Source of the DNA: Octopus sinensis | Lineage: Eukaryota | Length of the DNA: 64,000 nucleotides | Assembly (NCBI RefSeq): GCF_006345805.1 | Contig: NC_043011.1 | Span: 8,866,001 to 8,930,000 of the forward strand | Direction: 5' to 3' | Shown here: positions 53,236 through 63,705 of the stretch, piece after piece | How the letters are laid out: every line of letters starts with the position of its first letter | Position numbering within the stretch: the stretch's first letter is position 1 | The notes under the pieces: model-generated | Told to the model about the DNA's origin: nothing | Seen by the model: only the letters and a program-made list of their open reading frames with translations | The model's database searches: none | Translations under genes and position numbers: made by a program

Positions 53236-56200
53236 CATTATATATATATATATATATATATATATGCAGAAGGTTGATATGTATAAATAAGACAAGGTAG
53301 AAAATGCTAAAATAATTTTATCCTGAAGAACATTTTAGAACCGGTTTCAGTCTTTGCGACTTTCTCAACTTGAAAAACAATTAAATATTTTGAAAAAACA
53401 TTTGATTTAATTTTTTCACAATTTGTTTTCCATGCTTAACTCAAAGTTAAGAAAGTCGCAAAGACGGAAACCGGTTCTAAAATGTTCTTCAGGATAAAAT
53501 TATTTTAGCATTTTCTAACGTGTCTTATTTTCATTACACACACACACACACATCACATCAACACATATCAATGCCATGAACATCCCTACATACAGCATGC
53601 ACAAATGGAATCACAGTAATTCCCAAACACACACAAATATGCCATTTTCTCATGCACCCAGACACACTTTTTACAGGTCAAAACTTGATTCCAACCCAAC
53701 TTGTCAACCATATTCTCACTGAATATAAATCAAAAGAAGGTCAAAGGTCATTCTCTAGCCATGGGCACACAAGGTCAGTTTCCTGGATTCTACAATGTGA
53801 ATATTCCCCACCCACCTCCCTGCCAGGCAAGGTGTCGGTCAGTTGCAGGATTCCTCATTTTTGCCAGCTGGGTGTACTGGAGCAATGTGAGTTAAAGTGT
53901 TTTGCTCAAGAACACAGCACACCACCAGCTCAGGGATTTGAAACCACAATCTTACTACCATATACCCAACACTCTAACCACTAAGCCATGACAACAACAA
54001 GAGTTGATTAGCTAAAATGATGACATTAACCAAAAAAAAAATGGTCAAGAGATCAAATCTTGGCCATGTTATTATTTCCCTAGTCAAGACACTTCATTAT
54101 GCAAATGATACAGTTAGTGGGAGCATTGTTATCCTTGAAGAGTGTTTTGTTAGGATGTAATGTTGACCAACACTGTTGTTGTGGCCTGCAAGGAATAGCA
54201 AGGAGAGAGTCTTTGGGTCTGCTTTGGGTGTTGGTCTGACACTGTTTCTGATTATAATTAAACTGTGACGATAAGGGCTACACATTACTCAATCTCACTT
54301 TAAACCAATCACACACACACACACACATGTAAACACACACATATACATAGAGATAGGTAGACAGACAGATAGACAGACAGAAACAGAAAGACAGACAGGA
54401 AGGTAGGTAAGAAGACAGACAGACAGACAGACAGACAGAGAGATAGATAGATAGATAGATAGACGGACGGACGGACAGACAATACACGTATGTAAACATG
54501 TCACTATGATCTTTGTAGTTTTGTGGGTTTTTTGTATCAGCCATCCCTGGGCTTATCATCCACTTTTGTGCCATCTTAATGTCGCTTTTGCTGCAGCAAC
54601 TGAGAAAACCATCTCTTGTATGACATCATTGATGAGGACCAATATAATGAGACGTGACCACACCACTCTTTCCATGACTTTCACAATGACACACAGCCAC
54701 ATGCCACTTTCTCACCCAACACTTACCTATTCACACCTTATAACCATACCAGCACAGTTCTGCAGATACACACACACGTGGCAGTGTCTGTGTATAGATG
54801 TGTATATTGAATTAATTATCATCGCTTAAAAGTTTTTGTTCAGTCACGTAACTACATAATTGTGTGTGTGTGTGTGTTTAGAGAGATAAGGGACCAGAGA
54901 GATAAGGGACCAGAGAGATAAACACTAATGTAAACAACTGTTTGGTCCCTTTGGGATGAATAATCAATAATATAACACCAACTTTGGCCCTTTCTCTCTC
55001 TAATAGACACTAGGTTTTCCCCCCCTTTATTCTTTTAGGCCATGGCCAAACTGGAGCACTACTTTCTAAAGAATGATTCACCCCATTATTTATTTTAATG
55101 ACTATTAATCTATCAATCTGAGAAGTGAAGAAGAAACAGCAAAACTGCAGGCTTAAAACCAAATCCTACAAAGTGTTTTGTCCCAAAGTCTATCACTCCT
55201 GTCTTACACACACACACTCACACACACACACATACCATATCCCCCATAAATGTTTATATAATTATACAGTTATTATGTTCTATAATCAAAGCGCCGTCGT
55301 ACACTAATTAATTTAATGACCTAAATATTTAGAATTAAAGGCAGAGATTCCAATACAATGGAACTCAGCTCCCCCACAGCATCACCCTTTTCATTTATGT
55401 CACCTGATGTTGTTCATTACAGCATGAACATCACACATTCTCATCTTCTCACTTATAAATCACAGAACCTGCTTTTATTTGAGAAATATATATCAATGGT
55501 ATTCAATCGTTGTTTACTGCCGGTGCCATCCTCCTCCATCTCTTCTTTATTCCCAAAGAAGGTGGGACAAGGATTTATCTGGCAAACTGGACAGATGCCT
55601 TTAAAGCAAGGGAGGTAGCTGTGACATTTTGCCAGGTGGCTCCCTAAAAACGGATCTCACAAATACTTTGTTATATTTAAAGAAGAGAATAGTCTTGGTC
55701 CACCTGGGTAAATTTCTTTCAGAGACCCTACCTCTAGACCCATCTTTAAGCCAGAACAACACTCTCCAGCCATTTCCCAATGGTCACCTTACCATTGACC
55801 AAACCCTCCATTACTTTAAATCAGTGGTTCTCAACCAAGGTCCGTATAAGATTCTGTCATTAAAATTTATCTGCGATAAATTGGTTATGATTCTACGGAA
55901 CACAAAATATTTTAACAATTTCTTTAATACAATTCTTTAAAATATTTATTATTAGATGCAGCACGAAGTTTTGTCAGTGAAGAGGTCGCGGTCTCAAAGC
56001 GACAAAAATACTTTGACAAATTAAATTTAAATGTTGAAGTGAATCTAACGGTTTTTGTGTGTTTCTTAAATGGCTTATAAACACCTTCCACGCTGTAATA
56101 ATATTTAATTATATAAATATAATAGGACTTTTTAAACATCGAATAATTATGAGGGTTTGCTCAATGATCAAAGGGGTCCTTAAGCAAAGAAATGGTTGAG

Positions 56201-57518
56201 AACCACTCAGTGGCATTTCTAAACAGATCTAAACTGAGTGTCTTCGATGGCCAAGGAGTTCACCCTTGGCCCCTGACACAGTTAAGCAAATAACTATAAT
56301 CATACCCTTTCATATAACCCTCCACATAATCACTCCATCCCAAACCACCCTTGATGGTAAACCCACAACTGTGCAGGCTACAGAAGTTACAATACCCGTC
56401 AGGAGTCAATACAACTCAAAAGACCTCTTCTGCCTCCTCCTCCACATACACAGCATCAGTAGCGGCGTGAATAGGATATCATCATCAATTTTGTCCATCC
56501 CTTGTGTCCCGTACAAGTACCAGTAATATACCGAGTCACTGATCTCCAAGGATCGTAAAATAATACCTCGTTATACAAAACAAATCAAGACACTAATGTC
56601 CAAGTAGAAAACAGCATGAACATCACAACATCCTATTGCTCTCTCTTCCACACTACAAGACCTATGAACAATAACACGCTCTGCCTCACTACTATGCTGA
56701 ATAGGCGAAAATGGTGCGAGTGAACGGGCCTGTAGTTGGAAAAATGGTAAGGGAAAAAGGCACCTGGCCCCAAAGTCAGGGTACCCATGGGTTTTTTTTT
56801 TTATGGGGTTTTTCTATGAGCAACCCGCGAATGTCCCCTCTCTATTGAGGATTACACATCGTTAATTTCTTTCCTTCTTCCCTTTTTTAAAAAAAAGTTG
56901 TTAATCTTGTTTACACGAAAAACCCCCAAAACAATACACACATTCTTTGTTTTGTCTTGGTCCATGTTTTTCTTAATGTAAATCCTTGAGGTTAATAATA
57001 ATCATTATTATTTTTATTATTATTATTATTATTATGGCGGAGTTAAAGAATACGCGCACCACGCGCTTTCGGCGTAACCCTAACCCTAACCACCGAAAAC
57101 GGGTGGCGTGCACACCTTCGCCATTATAATTAAGGCGGCGAGCTGGCAGAATCGTTAGCAGGCCAGGCAAAATGCTTAGTGGCATTTTGTCCGTCTTTAC
57201 GTTCCGAGTTCAAATTCCGCTCAGGTTGACCCTACCTTTCGGGATCGATAAAATGAATAGCAGTCGAGTATCAGGGTTGATGGGACCAACTTGTCCCTTC
57301 CCCCGAGACTGCTGGCCTTGTGCCAAAACTTGAAAACAACATGCAAAGGTACAACTTCCGACACCATCGCTAATTAAAGTGTGGCGCACTACCCTCCTGT
57401 TAAATAAGCTTAAGATCTGTTGGGATAAATACAATAAACCATTTGTACTTACCTGGTTGAAGCGGGAGGAGTCGAGTTGAAAAGGAGGGTATCCATCGTG
57501 AGTATCACCAACAGACAT
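23583..57518 (-). CDS. SFXN5: Sideroflexin-5 (mitochondrial inner-membrane carrier, SLC56 family); spliced CDS of 11 exons, 987 nt, 328 aa
   Basis: Exons joined in frame with canonical GT-AG sites: 57518-57453, 49032-48859, 47493-47439, 42478-42453, 41366-41256, 39886-39821, 39246-39156, 38107-37992, 33389-33304, 25316-25199, 23660-23583. Protein has sideroflexin motifs [42 protein letters not shown] and C-terminal [14 protein letters not shown]/YxPFG is typical of SFXN5 rather than SFXN1-3. Confidence 0.93.
24620..25010 (-). mobile_element. RTE-3'UTR-derived short element (family C) with internal degenerate tandem units
   Basis: (CAT)n-TTTAAC.TCCG..CTAGCATGGGTTGGACG...GGATGCCCTTCCTAACGCCAACCAC; related copies near 12090, 18720, 19090, 21552, 42140, 43337, 46360, 48003-48290, 60280-60820, 63590. 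Confidence 0.85.
25199..25316 (-). CDS. SFXN5: SFXN5 exon 10 (K|[39 protein letters not shown]), 118 nt
   Basis: Acceptor ATTGCAG, donor GTAAAT, phase 2-0. Confidence 0.93.
28294..28500 (+). mobile_element. SINE family A copy (diverged)
   Basis: GTGAGCTGGCAGAATTGTTAAC...GAGTTCAAATTCTG...GCCTTTCATCCTTTC. Confidence 0.85.
28508..28992 (-). mobile_element. 5'-truncated R4/Dong-like LINE: restriction-like endonuclease C-terminus, 3'UTR and (TAA)n tail
   Basis: Open frame 28986-28675: [63 protein letters not shown]...[11 protein letters not shown] (PD..D..K..KY RLE motif); flanked by (ATT)n. Confidence 0.8.
29019..29545 (-). mobile_element. Unclassified ~530-bp non-coding element embedded in (ATT)n
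   Basis: Complex sequence bounded on both sides by ATT tracts; minus strand ends CTCTCTCACTCA-(AAT)n like a retroposon tail; single copy in this window. Confidence 0.5.
31656..32023 (+). mobile_element. Helentron-associated non-autonomous element (HINE/DINE-1/Pearl-like)
   Basis: 5' TTATTTCCTCTGCC, internal (GTTT)n, 3' CCTTGGCAGAGGTCGGTGCTCTCTGAGTGCTC; subterminal IR CCTCTGCC/GGCAGAGG plus 3' stem-loop. Confidence 0.7.
33304..33389 (-). CDS. SFXN5: SFXN5 exon 9 ([28 protein letters not shown]+AA), 86 nt
   Basis: Acceptor CTTGCAG, donor GTGAGT, phase 0-2. Confidence 0.93.
33473..34305 (-). mobile_element. SINE family B host copy split by a nested opposite-strand copy
   Basis: 3' half at 33473-33720 and 5' half at 34150-34305, both on the minus strand. 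Confidence 0.85.
33722..34148 (+). mobile_element. Full-length tRNA-derived SINE family B
   Basis: GGCACAGGAGTGGCTGTGTGGTAAG (A box), GGTTCAGTCCC (B box), internal (TA)(TG)n, tail GGTGCTCCAGCATGGC.GCAGTC...GACTGAAACAAGTAAAAG; others near 11318, 12330, 37510, 42755, 45340, 45740, 50240, 58960. Confidence 0.9.
34855..35500. mobile_element. Two oppositely oriented SINE A copies (34855-35025 minus; 35255-35500 plus)
   Basis: Reverse-complement and forward matches to the family A core. Confidence 0.85.
35600..36430 (-). mobile_element. Old, heavily decayed LINE (CR1/L2/Jockey-like) RT 3' fragment
   Basis: Minus-strand remnant [26 protein letters not shown] resembles the C-terminus of CR1/Jockey-group ORF2; many stops. 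Confidence 0.4.
37992..38107 (-). CDS. SFXN5: SFXN5 exon 8 (A|[38 protein letters not shown]), 116 nt
   Basis: Acceptor TTGATAG, donor GTGAGA, phase 1-0. Confidence 0.93.
39156..39246 (-). CDS. SFXN5: SFXN5 exon 7 ([30 protein letters not shown]+G), 91 nt
   Basis: RFVPF motif; acceptor ATCCCAG, donor GTGAGT. Confidence 0.94.
39821..39886 (-). CDS. SFXN5: SFXN5 exon 6 ([22 protein letters not shown]), 66 nt
   Basis: Acceptor TCCGCAG, donor GTAAGT, phase 0-0. Confidence 0.92.
40199..40368. mobile_element. Possible hAT-type MITE
   Basis: Begins CAGGGGCGGACCCA, ends TGGGACACTGCCTG (imperfect TIR); no clear TSD. Confidence 0.4.
40650..40910 (-). mobile_element. tRNA-derived SINE with CORE-like domain (family G)
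   Basis: Minus: GGTCGTGAGTTCGATTCCCGG..CCTTGAGCAAGAC.CTTTATTTCACATT..TCCAG..CACTCAGCTG; related copies 38294-38430 (+), 52234-52365 (+), 53850-53985 (-). Confidence 0.75.
41256..41366 (-). CDS. SFXN5: SFXN5 exon 5 ([37 protein letters not shown]), 111 nt
   Basis: Asn-rich sideroflexin signature; acceptor CCTGCAG, donor GTAAGC. Confidence 0.95.
42453..42478 (-). CDS. SFXN5: SFXN5 exon 4, 26-nt microexon (G|FVPFGSPF)
   Basis: CTTTCAG-GTTTTGTGCCATTTGGGTCCCCATTT-GTAAGT; restores frame between exon 3 (phase 1) and exon 5 (phase 0). Confidence 0.9.
43131..43262. mobile_element. Short fold-back element, perfect 27-bp inverted arms, flanked by TA/CATAAATA tracts
   Basis: AAATAATAGTTATCGCCATACTAATAT (43131-43157) / ATATTAGTATGGCGATAACTATTATTT (43236-43262). 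Confidence 0.8.
43691..45310 (-). mobile_element. 5'-truncated CR1-clade LINE ORF2 (RT domain) with poly(A) tail
   Basis: [50 protein letters not shown] region, [15 protein letters not shown]; few frameshifts; A-tract at 43691-43704. Confidence 0.93.
46660..47325 (-). mobile_element. Three tandem diverged SINE A copies separated by (TAA)n tracts
   Basis: GAAAGGATGAAAG.CAAA.TTGACCT..GCAGAATTTGAAC repeated near 46750, 47000, 47230. Confidence 0.85.
47439..47493 (-). CDS. SFXN5: SFXN5 exon 3 ([18 protein letters not shown]+G), 55 nt
   Basis: HPDT motif; acceptor ATTTCAG, donor GTAGAA, phase 0-1. Confidence 0.95.
47818..47960. mobile_element. Fold-back element with perfect 53-bp inverted arms in a (TA)n tract, SFXN5 intron 2
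   Basis: 47818-47870 is the exact reverse complement of 47908-47960; inner TGACCCTA/TAGGGTCA also pairs. Confidence 0.92.
48859..49032 (-). CDS. SFXN5: SFXN5 exon 2 ([20 protein letters not shown]...LWEAQKVKQ), 174 nt
   Basis: Acceptor TTGCTAG, donor GTAAGG, phase 0-0. Confidence 0.93.
49387..49620. mobile_element. Tc1/mariner-type MITE (about 234 bp)
   Basis: TIRs CAGGGTGGACCAAAAGTAGGTTTACAGT / ACTGTAACCATACTTTTGGGCCGCCATG; followed by TA, in a TA-rich site. Confidence 0.75.
52368..53265. repeat. (TA)n/(CA)n compound microsatellite, about 0.9 kb
   Basis: Seen directly. Confidence 0.97.
53285..53530. mobile_element. Fold-back element, about 87-bp arms (51-bp perfect core), SFXN5 intron 1
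   Basis: TAGAAAATGCTAAAATAATTTTATCCTGAAGAACATTTTAGAACCGGTTTC and its exact reverse complement; a diverged single-arm relative lies at about 640-760. Confidence 0.9.
55822..56208. mobile_element. hAT/Charlie-type MITE (about 390 bp)
   Basis: TIRs CAGTGGTTCTCAACC / GGTTGAGAACCACT; left flank CTTTAAAT resembles the Charlie target; TSD not intact. Confidence 0.75.
57034..57124. other. GC-rich hairpin whose loop holds telomere-like (TAACCC)2.8
   Basis: ATGGCGGAG..GCGCACCAC..CTTTCGG / CCGAAAA..GTGGCGTGC..CTTCGCCAT around TAACCCTAACCCTAACC (57075-57091). Confidence 0.65.
57453..57518 (-). CDS. SFXN5: SFXN5 coding exon 1 ([22 protein letters not shown]), 66 nt
   Basis: ATG at 57518-57516, donor GTAAGT; PPFQL..RF.Q matches the sideroflexin N-terminus. 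Confidence 0.88.
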
Positions 57519-57760
57519 TATCGCTGGACTGTCAACATATAAACGTGAGGGGGGGGGTGTAATGCAATTGACATCACACCAGAGGGCAGTGTCAGTAATT
57601 TAGTGTCGTCGAGAGTTGCTTCCCCTTAAACACTCCTATAAAATTCTTAAATAGCAGGTCAGGTGCGAGGCGACGAACTGTCGGAATCGTCAGCGCTCCG
57701 AACAAAATGTTCTGCGGTATTTCGTCCGAACTACTGTTTTCTGAGTTGATTGTACCATCT
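57519..57760 (-). promoter_or_regulatory. Probable SFXN5 5'UTR/proximal promoter
   Basis: Unique, relatively CpG-rich stretch directly upstream of the ATG, bounded by SINEs; transcription start not determinable. Confidence 0.4.
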
Positions 57761-57805
57761 CATCAGGCCCACCCAACCATCTTCGATTATATTTGTGATG
57801 TGGTT

Positions 57806-58040
57806 AAGGCGGTGAGATGGCACAAACGTTAGCACACCGGGCGAAATGCTTAGCGGTATTTCGTCTGCCGTTACGTTCTGAGTTCAAATACCGCCGAGGT
57901 CGACTTTGCCATTCATCTTTTCGGGGTCGATCAAATAAGTACCAGTTACGCACTGGAGTCGATATAATCGACTTAATCTCTTTGTCTATCCTTGTCTGTC
58001 CCCTCTGTGTTTAGCCCCTTGTGGGTAGTAAAGAAATGGG
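57806..58040 (+). mobile_element. SINE family A upstream of SFXN5, divergently oriented
   Basis: Full head, core and tail match. Confidence 0.9.
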
Positions 58041-58828
58041 CATTTCGTCCGGCTTTACGTTCTGAGTTCAAATTCCGCCGAGGTCAACTTTGCCTATCGG
58101 GATATGATAAAATCACTACCTATTGAGCCCTGAAATCGATATGATCGTCTGCCCCCACCCCTCCGAAACTTGATGGCTTTCAACCAAAATTTGAAACCTT
58201 TATCAGGTCAGCTCTGATCGAAAAGGCCTGTGATCATAGGCGCTCTGTCCATGACTATCCTAACTTACTTTTGTTCAGAGACAATGTCTTGGACTACACT
58301 ATGGTCGATTGTAACGACCAATAAATTATCCCAGGTTTAGTAGACTTACCATACGCGACCATCACTTCATTATTTTCTTCAGATACATCGTCTCGGTTTA
58401 CATTGTTTTCACTTTTTGGTGGTTGTTTAAGCAGAAGTCTACATTGGCTCACAGCAAAGGCGTTCCAATCCTGACCACCCTATATTTTTACTGATATTAA
58501 TCCATGTAGAACGACCTTATCCAATTTTCAATTCCTTCCCAATACATTTTGACACGGCATAGGTGCTATTTGAGGTCGATCTGTCTGCTATTTCTCAGAG
58601 TGACGATGAGTAGGTTCCCTTGGTATATGTTGCTATCAATGTAGAACATTTATTGTATTAAAGTTAGCCCCCACCCGCCCCCACCCTCTACTTACCTTCT
58701 GATCCACCTTCATTGCACAGCACTCACCTTCATCTTTTCTCTTTCCTACAACAATTATTTAAAACCACCAATGATTTATGGTGCAATTTTAGTAAGCACA
58801 TACCCCTTTCTCAAGCACATACCCCTTT

Positions 58829-58868
<40 letters not shown>

Positions 58869-60839
58869 CTATAAACTTTTATAATATCCATTATTTTCTT
58901 CTTACTGTGCCTCACCTGTTGCTGCATAATATTACATGATACAACATAATATAATCAGTGCCACTATGTGGCACCTTGGGCAAGTGTCTTCTACTAAAAG
59001 CCTCAGGCTGATCAAAGCTTTGTGAGTGGATTTAGTAGATGGAAACTGAAAGAAGCCCATCGTATATATATGTGTGTGTGTGTGTGTGTTTGCCACCCCC
59101 ACCACCACCCAACATCGCTTGACAACCGATGTTGGTGCATTTATGTCCCCATAACTTAGCATTTCAGCAAAAGAGATTGATAGAAATAAGTACTAGGCTT
59201 ACAAAGAATAACTCCTGGGGTCGATTTGCTCGACTAAAGGTGGTACTCCAGCATGGCCACAGTCAAATGATTGAAACAGGTGAAAGGATGACATAATCAC
59301 TCAGCCAGAGCAGTGGGTGAATATATTCTTGATTTCACTCGTGAACACATCTCAGTTTCATCACTGATTCAGTTCTCAACCAAACTGAATGAGGTTTTTG
59401 CAGCAATGATGGTCCGGTCAAAAGCCACATTTTGAGATAAAATAATTGAAATTTGCTTCATTAAAAATAAAGTTAGGTTAAAATATGTGAGGTAAAAAAT
59501 GGGAGAGTAAAGCAAAAAAAAAATTGACTTTGAATTAAAATAACTCAGTTGTTTTAAAAGAAATACATGAATTAATTGGGTTTAAAAAAAACCTGCTCAT
59601 AATGAAGAATCTTTTGGTGAAAACCTCATTAAAAAGTATTTGTTATGAAAAATGTAGTTTGACTTTTAGCAATGAAAAAAATGATAAGTAACTCCAAAAA
59701 TTCACTTTGCATCAAAATATCTCAGCTTTTGATAAAGAAAACTGTATAATGGCTGTTTTCAAATGAAAGAGCTCTATGAGAGGAATGTTATGGTGGAAAC
59801 CTTGTCGAAAAATATTAGCTCCAAAAAAGTAATGTGGCTTTAAGTAATGAAAAAAAAGGTGATAATTTTAAGAAATTAAAATATTTTTGTCTTTTTAAAA
59901 GAAAAACAATATTATTTGAAATCAAATGAAAGAGTTTATTGAGACGAATATTTTGAAGAAAATCCCATCTAAAAATATTACGCATAAAAGAAGCTTTGAT
60001 ATTTTGCAATTTCACATTTATTTTTATTTCATTTCTATATTAAAATATGTACATATTAAAAACATATTGAAATTTAAAATATTCATTCATTAAAATAACT
60101 AATTATTAATTTTTAATTTAGGATATAACAGTATTTTATTATAAAAATTGTTTTAAAAACATTTATTTGTAAAATATATCCTTTATCTTTAGGGGCAAAC
60201 AAATTTTTTTAAGTTTGAACAAAATCTGTATTTAAAAGATAAATGCAATAGCATCATTTTTTTTTTTTTTTTACAATTATAAGATCACCTTCTCCAATGC
60301 CCCTTTATTTTTGTTATGCAAGTTATTTGGTGACCCTGTCGGTGCAGGTACCACTTAAAAAGCATCCAGTCCACACTGTAAAGTGGCTGGCATTTGGAAA
60401 GGCACCCTGCTGTAAAAACTTTGCCAAAAACTGACCTCACCTGTGCTGGTGCCATGTAAAAAGCACTCAGTCCACTCTGCTGGCTGGTTGGTGTTAGAAA
60501 GGGCATTCAACTGTAAAACAGCCACAGAAGCAAAGTGCAGGCATCTGCCTGACCAGCTCCTATCAAACTGTCCAACCCATGCCAGCATAGAAGGCAGATG
60601 TCAAACAATGATGATGATATATATCATCATCGTCGTCGTCGTTTAACATCCATTTTCCATGCTGGCATAGGTTGGACGGTTCAACTGGGGTCTGGGAAGC
60701 GAGGAGGCAGCACTGGGCTCCAGTCTGATCTGGCAGTGTTTTTCTACAGCTGGATGCCCTTCCTAATACCAACCACTCCGAGAGTGTAGTGGGTGCTTTT
60801 TTTACATGCCACCTACACAGCATATATATATATATATAA

Positions 60840-60871
<32 letters not shown>

Positions 60872-60946
60872 GCATATATATCATTTGTAGAAATACATAA
60901 ATCCAGAGGAGAAGCACACTCTAAGATGTAGAGCAGTCAATATTAC

Positions 60947-61302
60947 AGTGGGGTAGGCCGGTTTATGTGTTACCCTGGATTTCTTGCTCATAAGGAGTTT
61001 AGCCTTCCATAACTTTAACTGGCTTTATCGACCCAAATCTAAACAAAGCAAATTGTGTGTGGATGGTGCACGTATGGCCAAGTGGTTAATCTCTGAGCTC
61101 CATGTTCAACCCTGCTGTTTTCGTCAAATGTCTTTTACCCTTAGGTCGCATGATTAATGTCCCAGCATATCTTGGGACTCCAAACACTGCTGGCCTGAGA
61201 CGTCTCAGGCCAGCAGTGTTTGGGACCTGAAGATATGCCATAAGGCTAAACCCCTTATGAGCGAGAAATCAAGGGTAACCCTATAAACCGGCCTACACCA
61301 CT
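60947..61302. mobile_element. Fold-back element with a 44-bp perfect central palindrome and a ~160-bp insertion in the left arm
   Basis: CCAAACACTGCTGGCCTGAGAC|GTCTCAGGCCAGCAGTGTTTGG (61180-61223); outer arms AGTGGGGTAGGCCGGTTTAT..TTTAGCCTT / AAGGCTAAA..ATAAACCGGCCTACACCACT. Confidence 0.88.
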
Positions 61303-61345
61303 ATGGTATATATGCATATATATATATATATATATTAGTAATTAG

Positions 61346-61412
<67 letters not shown>

Positions 61413-61639
61413 TATAGGCTCCAGTGAACCTACAGGATGTTATCCAGGCACGCAACTAAGAGTCCGCTACATCTTATAGGGGAAACAGCTGTAAGCTAAT
61501 GGAATTTATAACCTAACCATTGTTTTTCCTGTGTCATCTGCTTTTCGTATTGCTGCTCTGTCCTAATCTAACACTTTAATACATATATAAAGCTCTACAC
61601 CAGGTTGTTGCTTAAGACAGATAGGTAGTTAAATAGATA

Positions 61640-61703
61640 GACAAACAGGTAGATAGATAGATAGACAGATAGATGAATAGATAGACAGGTAGATAGATAG
61701 ATT

Positions 61704-61778
<75 letters not shown>

Positions 61779-61797
61779 GGATAGATAGACAGGTAGG

Positions 61798-61846
<49 letters not shown>

Positions 61847-61869
61847 GGATAGATAGACAGGTAGGTAGG

Positions 61870-61917
<48 letters not shown>

Positions 61918-61955
61918 GATGGATAGATAGATAGATGGATAGATAGATAGATAGA
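61640..61955. repeat. (AGAT)n tetranucleotide microsatellite
   Basis: Seen directly. Confidence 0.97.
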
Positions 61956-62140
61956 TCCTGTAATATGTGTCATGCCTCCCAAATCAGTGAATTCAATTGA
62001 CCTAATTTATCGACATAACCTGTGTATGAATTTCTATAGCCTTTCTGCAACATTAAACACTCAAACATACATATACACACAAACACATACATACATATGT
62101 ATGTATGTATGCCTGTAATCATATGAGTGTGTGAGCATGC

Positions 62141-62171
<31 letters not shown>

Positions 62172-62327
62172 TCTGTTGCTTTTTAAGCAGTCATAACTTT
62201 AACTGGCTTTATCGACCCAAATCTAAACAAAGTGAATAATTATGTGTGGGTCAGGGGGGCCTGCTTGTGTGTGGTGTGTGTGTGTGTGGATGGTACACGT
62301 TTGGCCAAGTGGTTAATCTCCGAGATA

Positions 62328-62560
62328 AGGCGGCGAGCTGGCAGAGACGTTAGCACGCCGGGCGAAATGCGTAGCTGTATTTCGTCTTTCGTTACGTTCC
62401 GAGTTCAAATTCCGCCGAGGTCGACTTTGCCTTTCATCCTTTCGGGGTCGATAAATTAAGTACCAGATACGCACTGGGATCGATGTAATCGACTTAATCC
62501 ATTTGTCTGTCCTTGTTTGTCCCCTCTGTGTTTAGCCCCTTGTGGGTAGTAAAGAAATAG
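62328..62560 (+). mobile_element. Young SINE A copy inserted into a duplicated segment, with diverged ~14-bp TSD
   Basis: Flanks TTAATCTCCGAGAT / TTAATCTCTGTGTT; the empty allele of the host is at 61085-61100. Confidence 0.85.
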
Positions 62561-63665
62561 TTTAATCTCTGTGTTCTATGTTCAACCCTGCTATTTTCGT
62601 CAAATGTCTTTTACCCTTAAGCTGCATGATAAATGCCCACTCCCCCCAAAAAAATAGCATAAAAGTCTCTACACTTGAGGAATACATTAAGAAATACACA
62701 AGTTTTGGGGAAACTCAGTACTCTAAACATTCATTCATAAATAAATAACTGACTTTTTGTCATTGAAATCAACGGAGAATTTCTTAGTTACTCACACACA
62801 CACACACACACACACACACAAGCATGCATGTGCTTATATATATGCATACATACACACATATACGTAAATGCACATACACACTCAAGTATATATATGTATG
62901 TATATATTCATACATGTGGAGGCGCATTGGCCCAGTGGTTAGGGCAGCGGACTCGCGGTCAAAGGATTGCAGTTTCGCTTCCCAGACTGGGCGTTCTGGG
63001 TGTTTATTGAGCGAAAACATTTAAAAAGCTCCACGATGTTGACATTACAATGAAGGAGCCTTGGATCTGGGAGAAACCAGCTCTTTTCTCTATTGGCAAG
63101 AAATCTTGAAAAAAAACTGAACAATGACATACATACATACATCTATATGAGTATGTGTTATGTGTTATGTGTGTGTGTGGTTGGGTGCACTGAGATATGA
63201 GAGGCACAATGGGGACGTATCGAAGGAGAAGGAGAAGGTATTGATGTATACAATGTGAGAAATGTCATTGAAAGACCAATGAAAGAATAAGAAAGCCTGG
63301 AATTATTAAAATTTCAAACAATATAAATCTGGAGAGAAAGGATTTAGGAAAGATAACAAACATAGATTGACAGCCAAAAATAGGAAACAAAACAGGAGAG
63401 TGTGAAAAGATGAGGGAGGAGTATAACAGGGCTGTCTGCTGTCACCAGATCTGTTTCATTACACAATGGAATGACCATGTGGGCTCTTGAACACCTACAA
63501 GGTGTAGAGATAGGAAGACAAGACATCAACAATATTTGTTATGTAAATGACATAACAACAACAGAGAAAAATTATTATTGCTTATGTATATCATCATCAT
63601 CATCATCATCATCATCATCGTTTAACGTCCGTTTTTCATGCTAGCATGGGTTGGATGGTTTGACC

Positions 63666-63705
<40 letters not shown>

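Noticed and set aside
55560-56700. Possible ancient LINE coding remnant flanking the hAT MITE
   Set aside because: No diagnostic RT or endonuclease motif recovered
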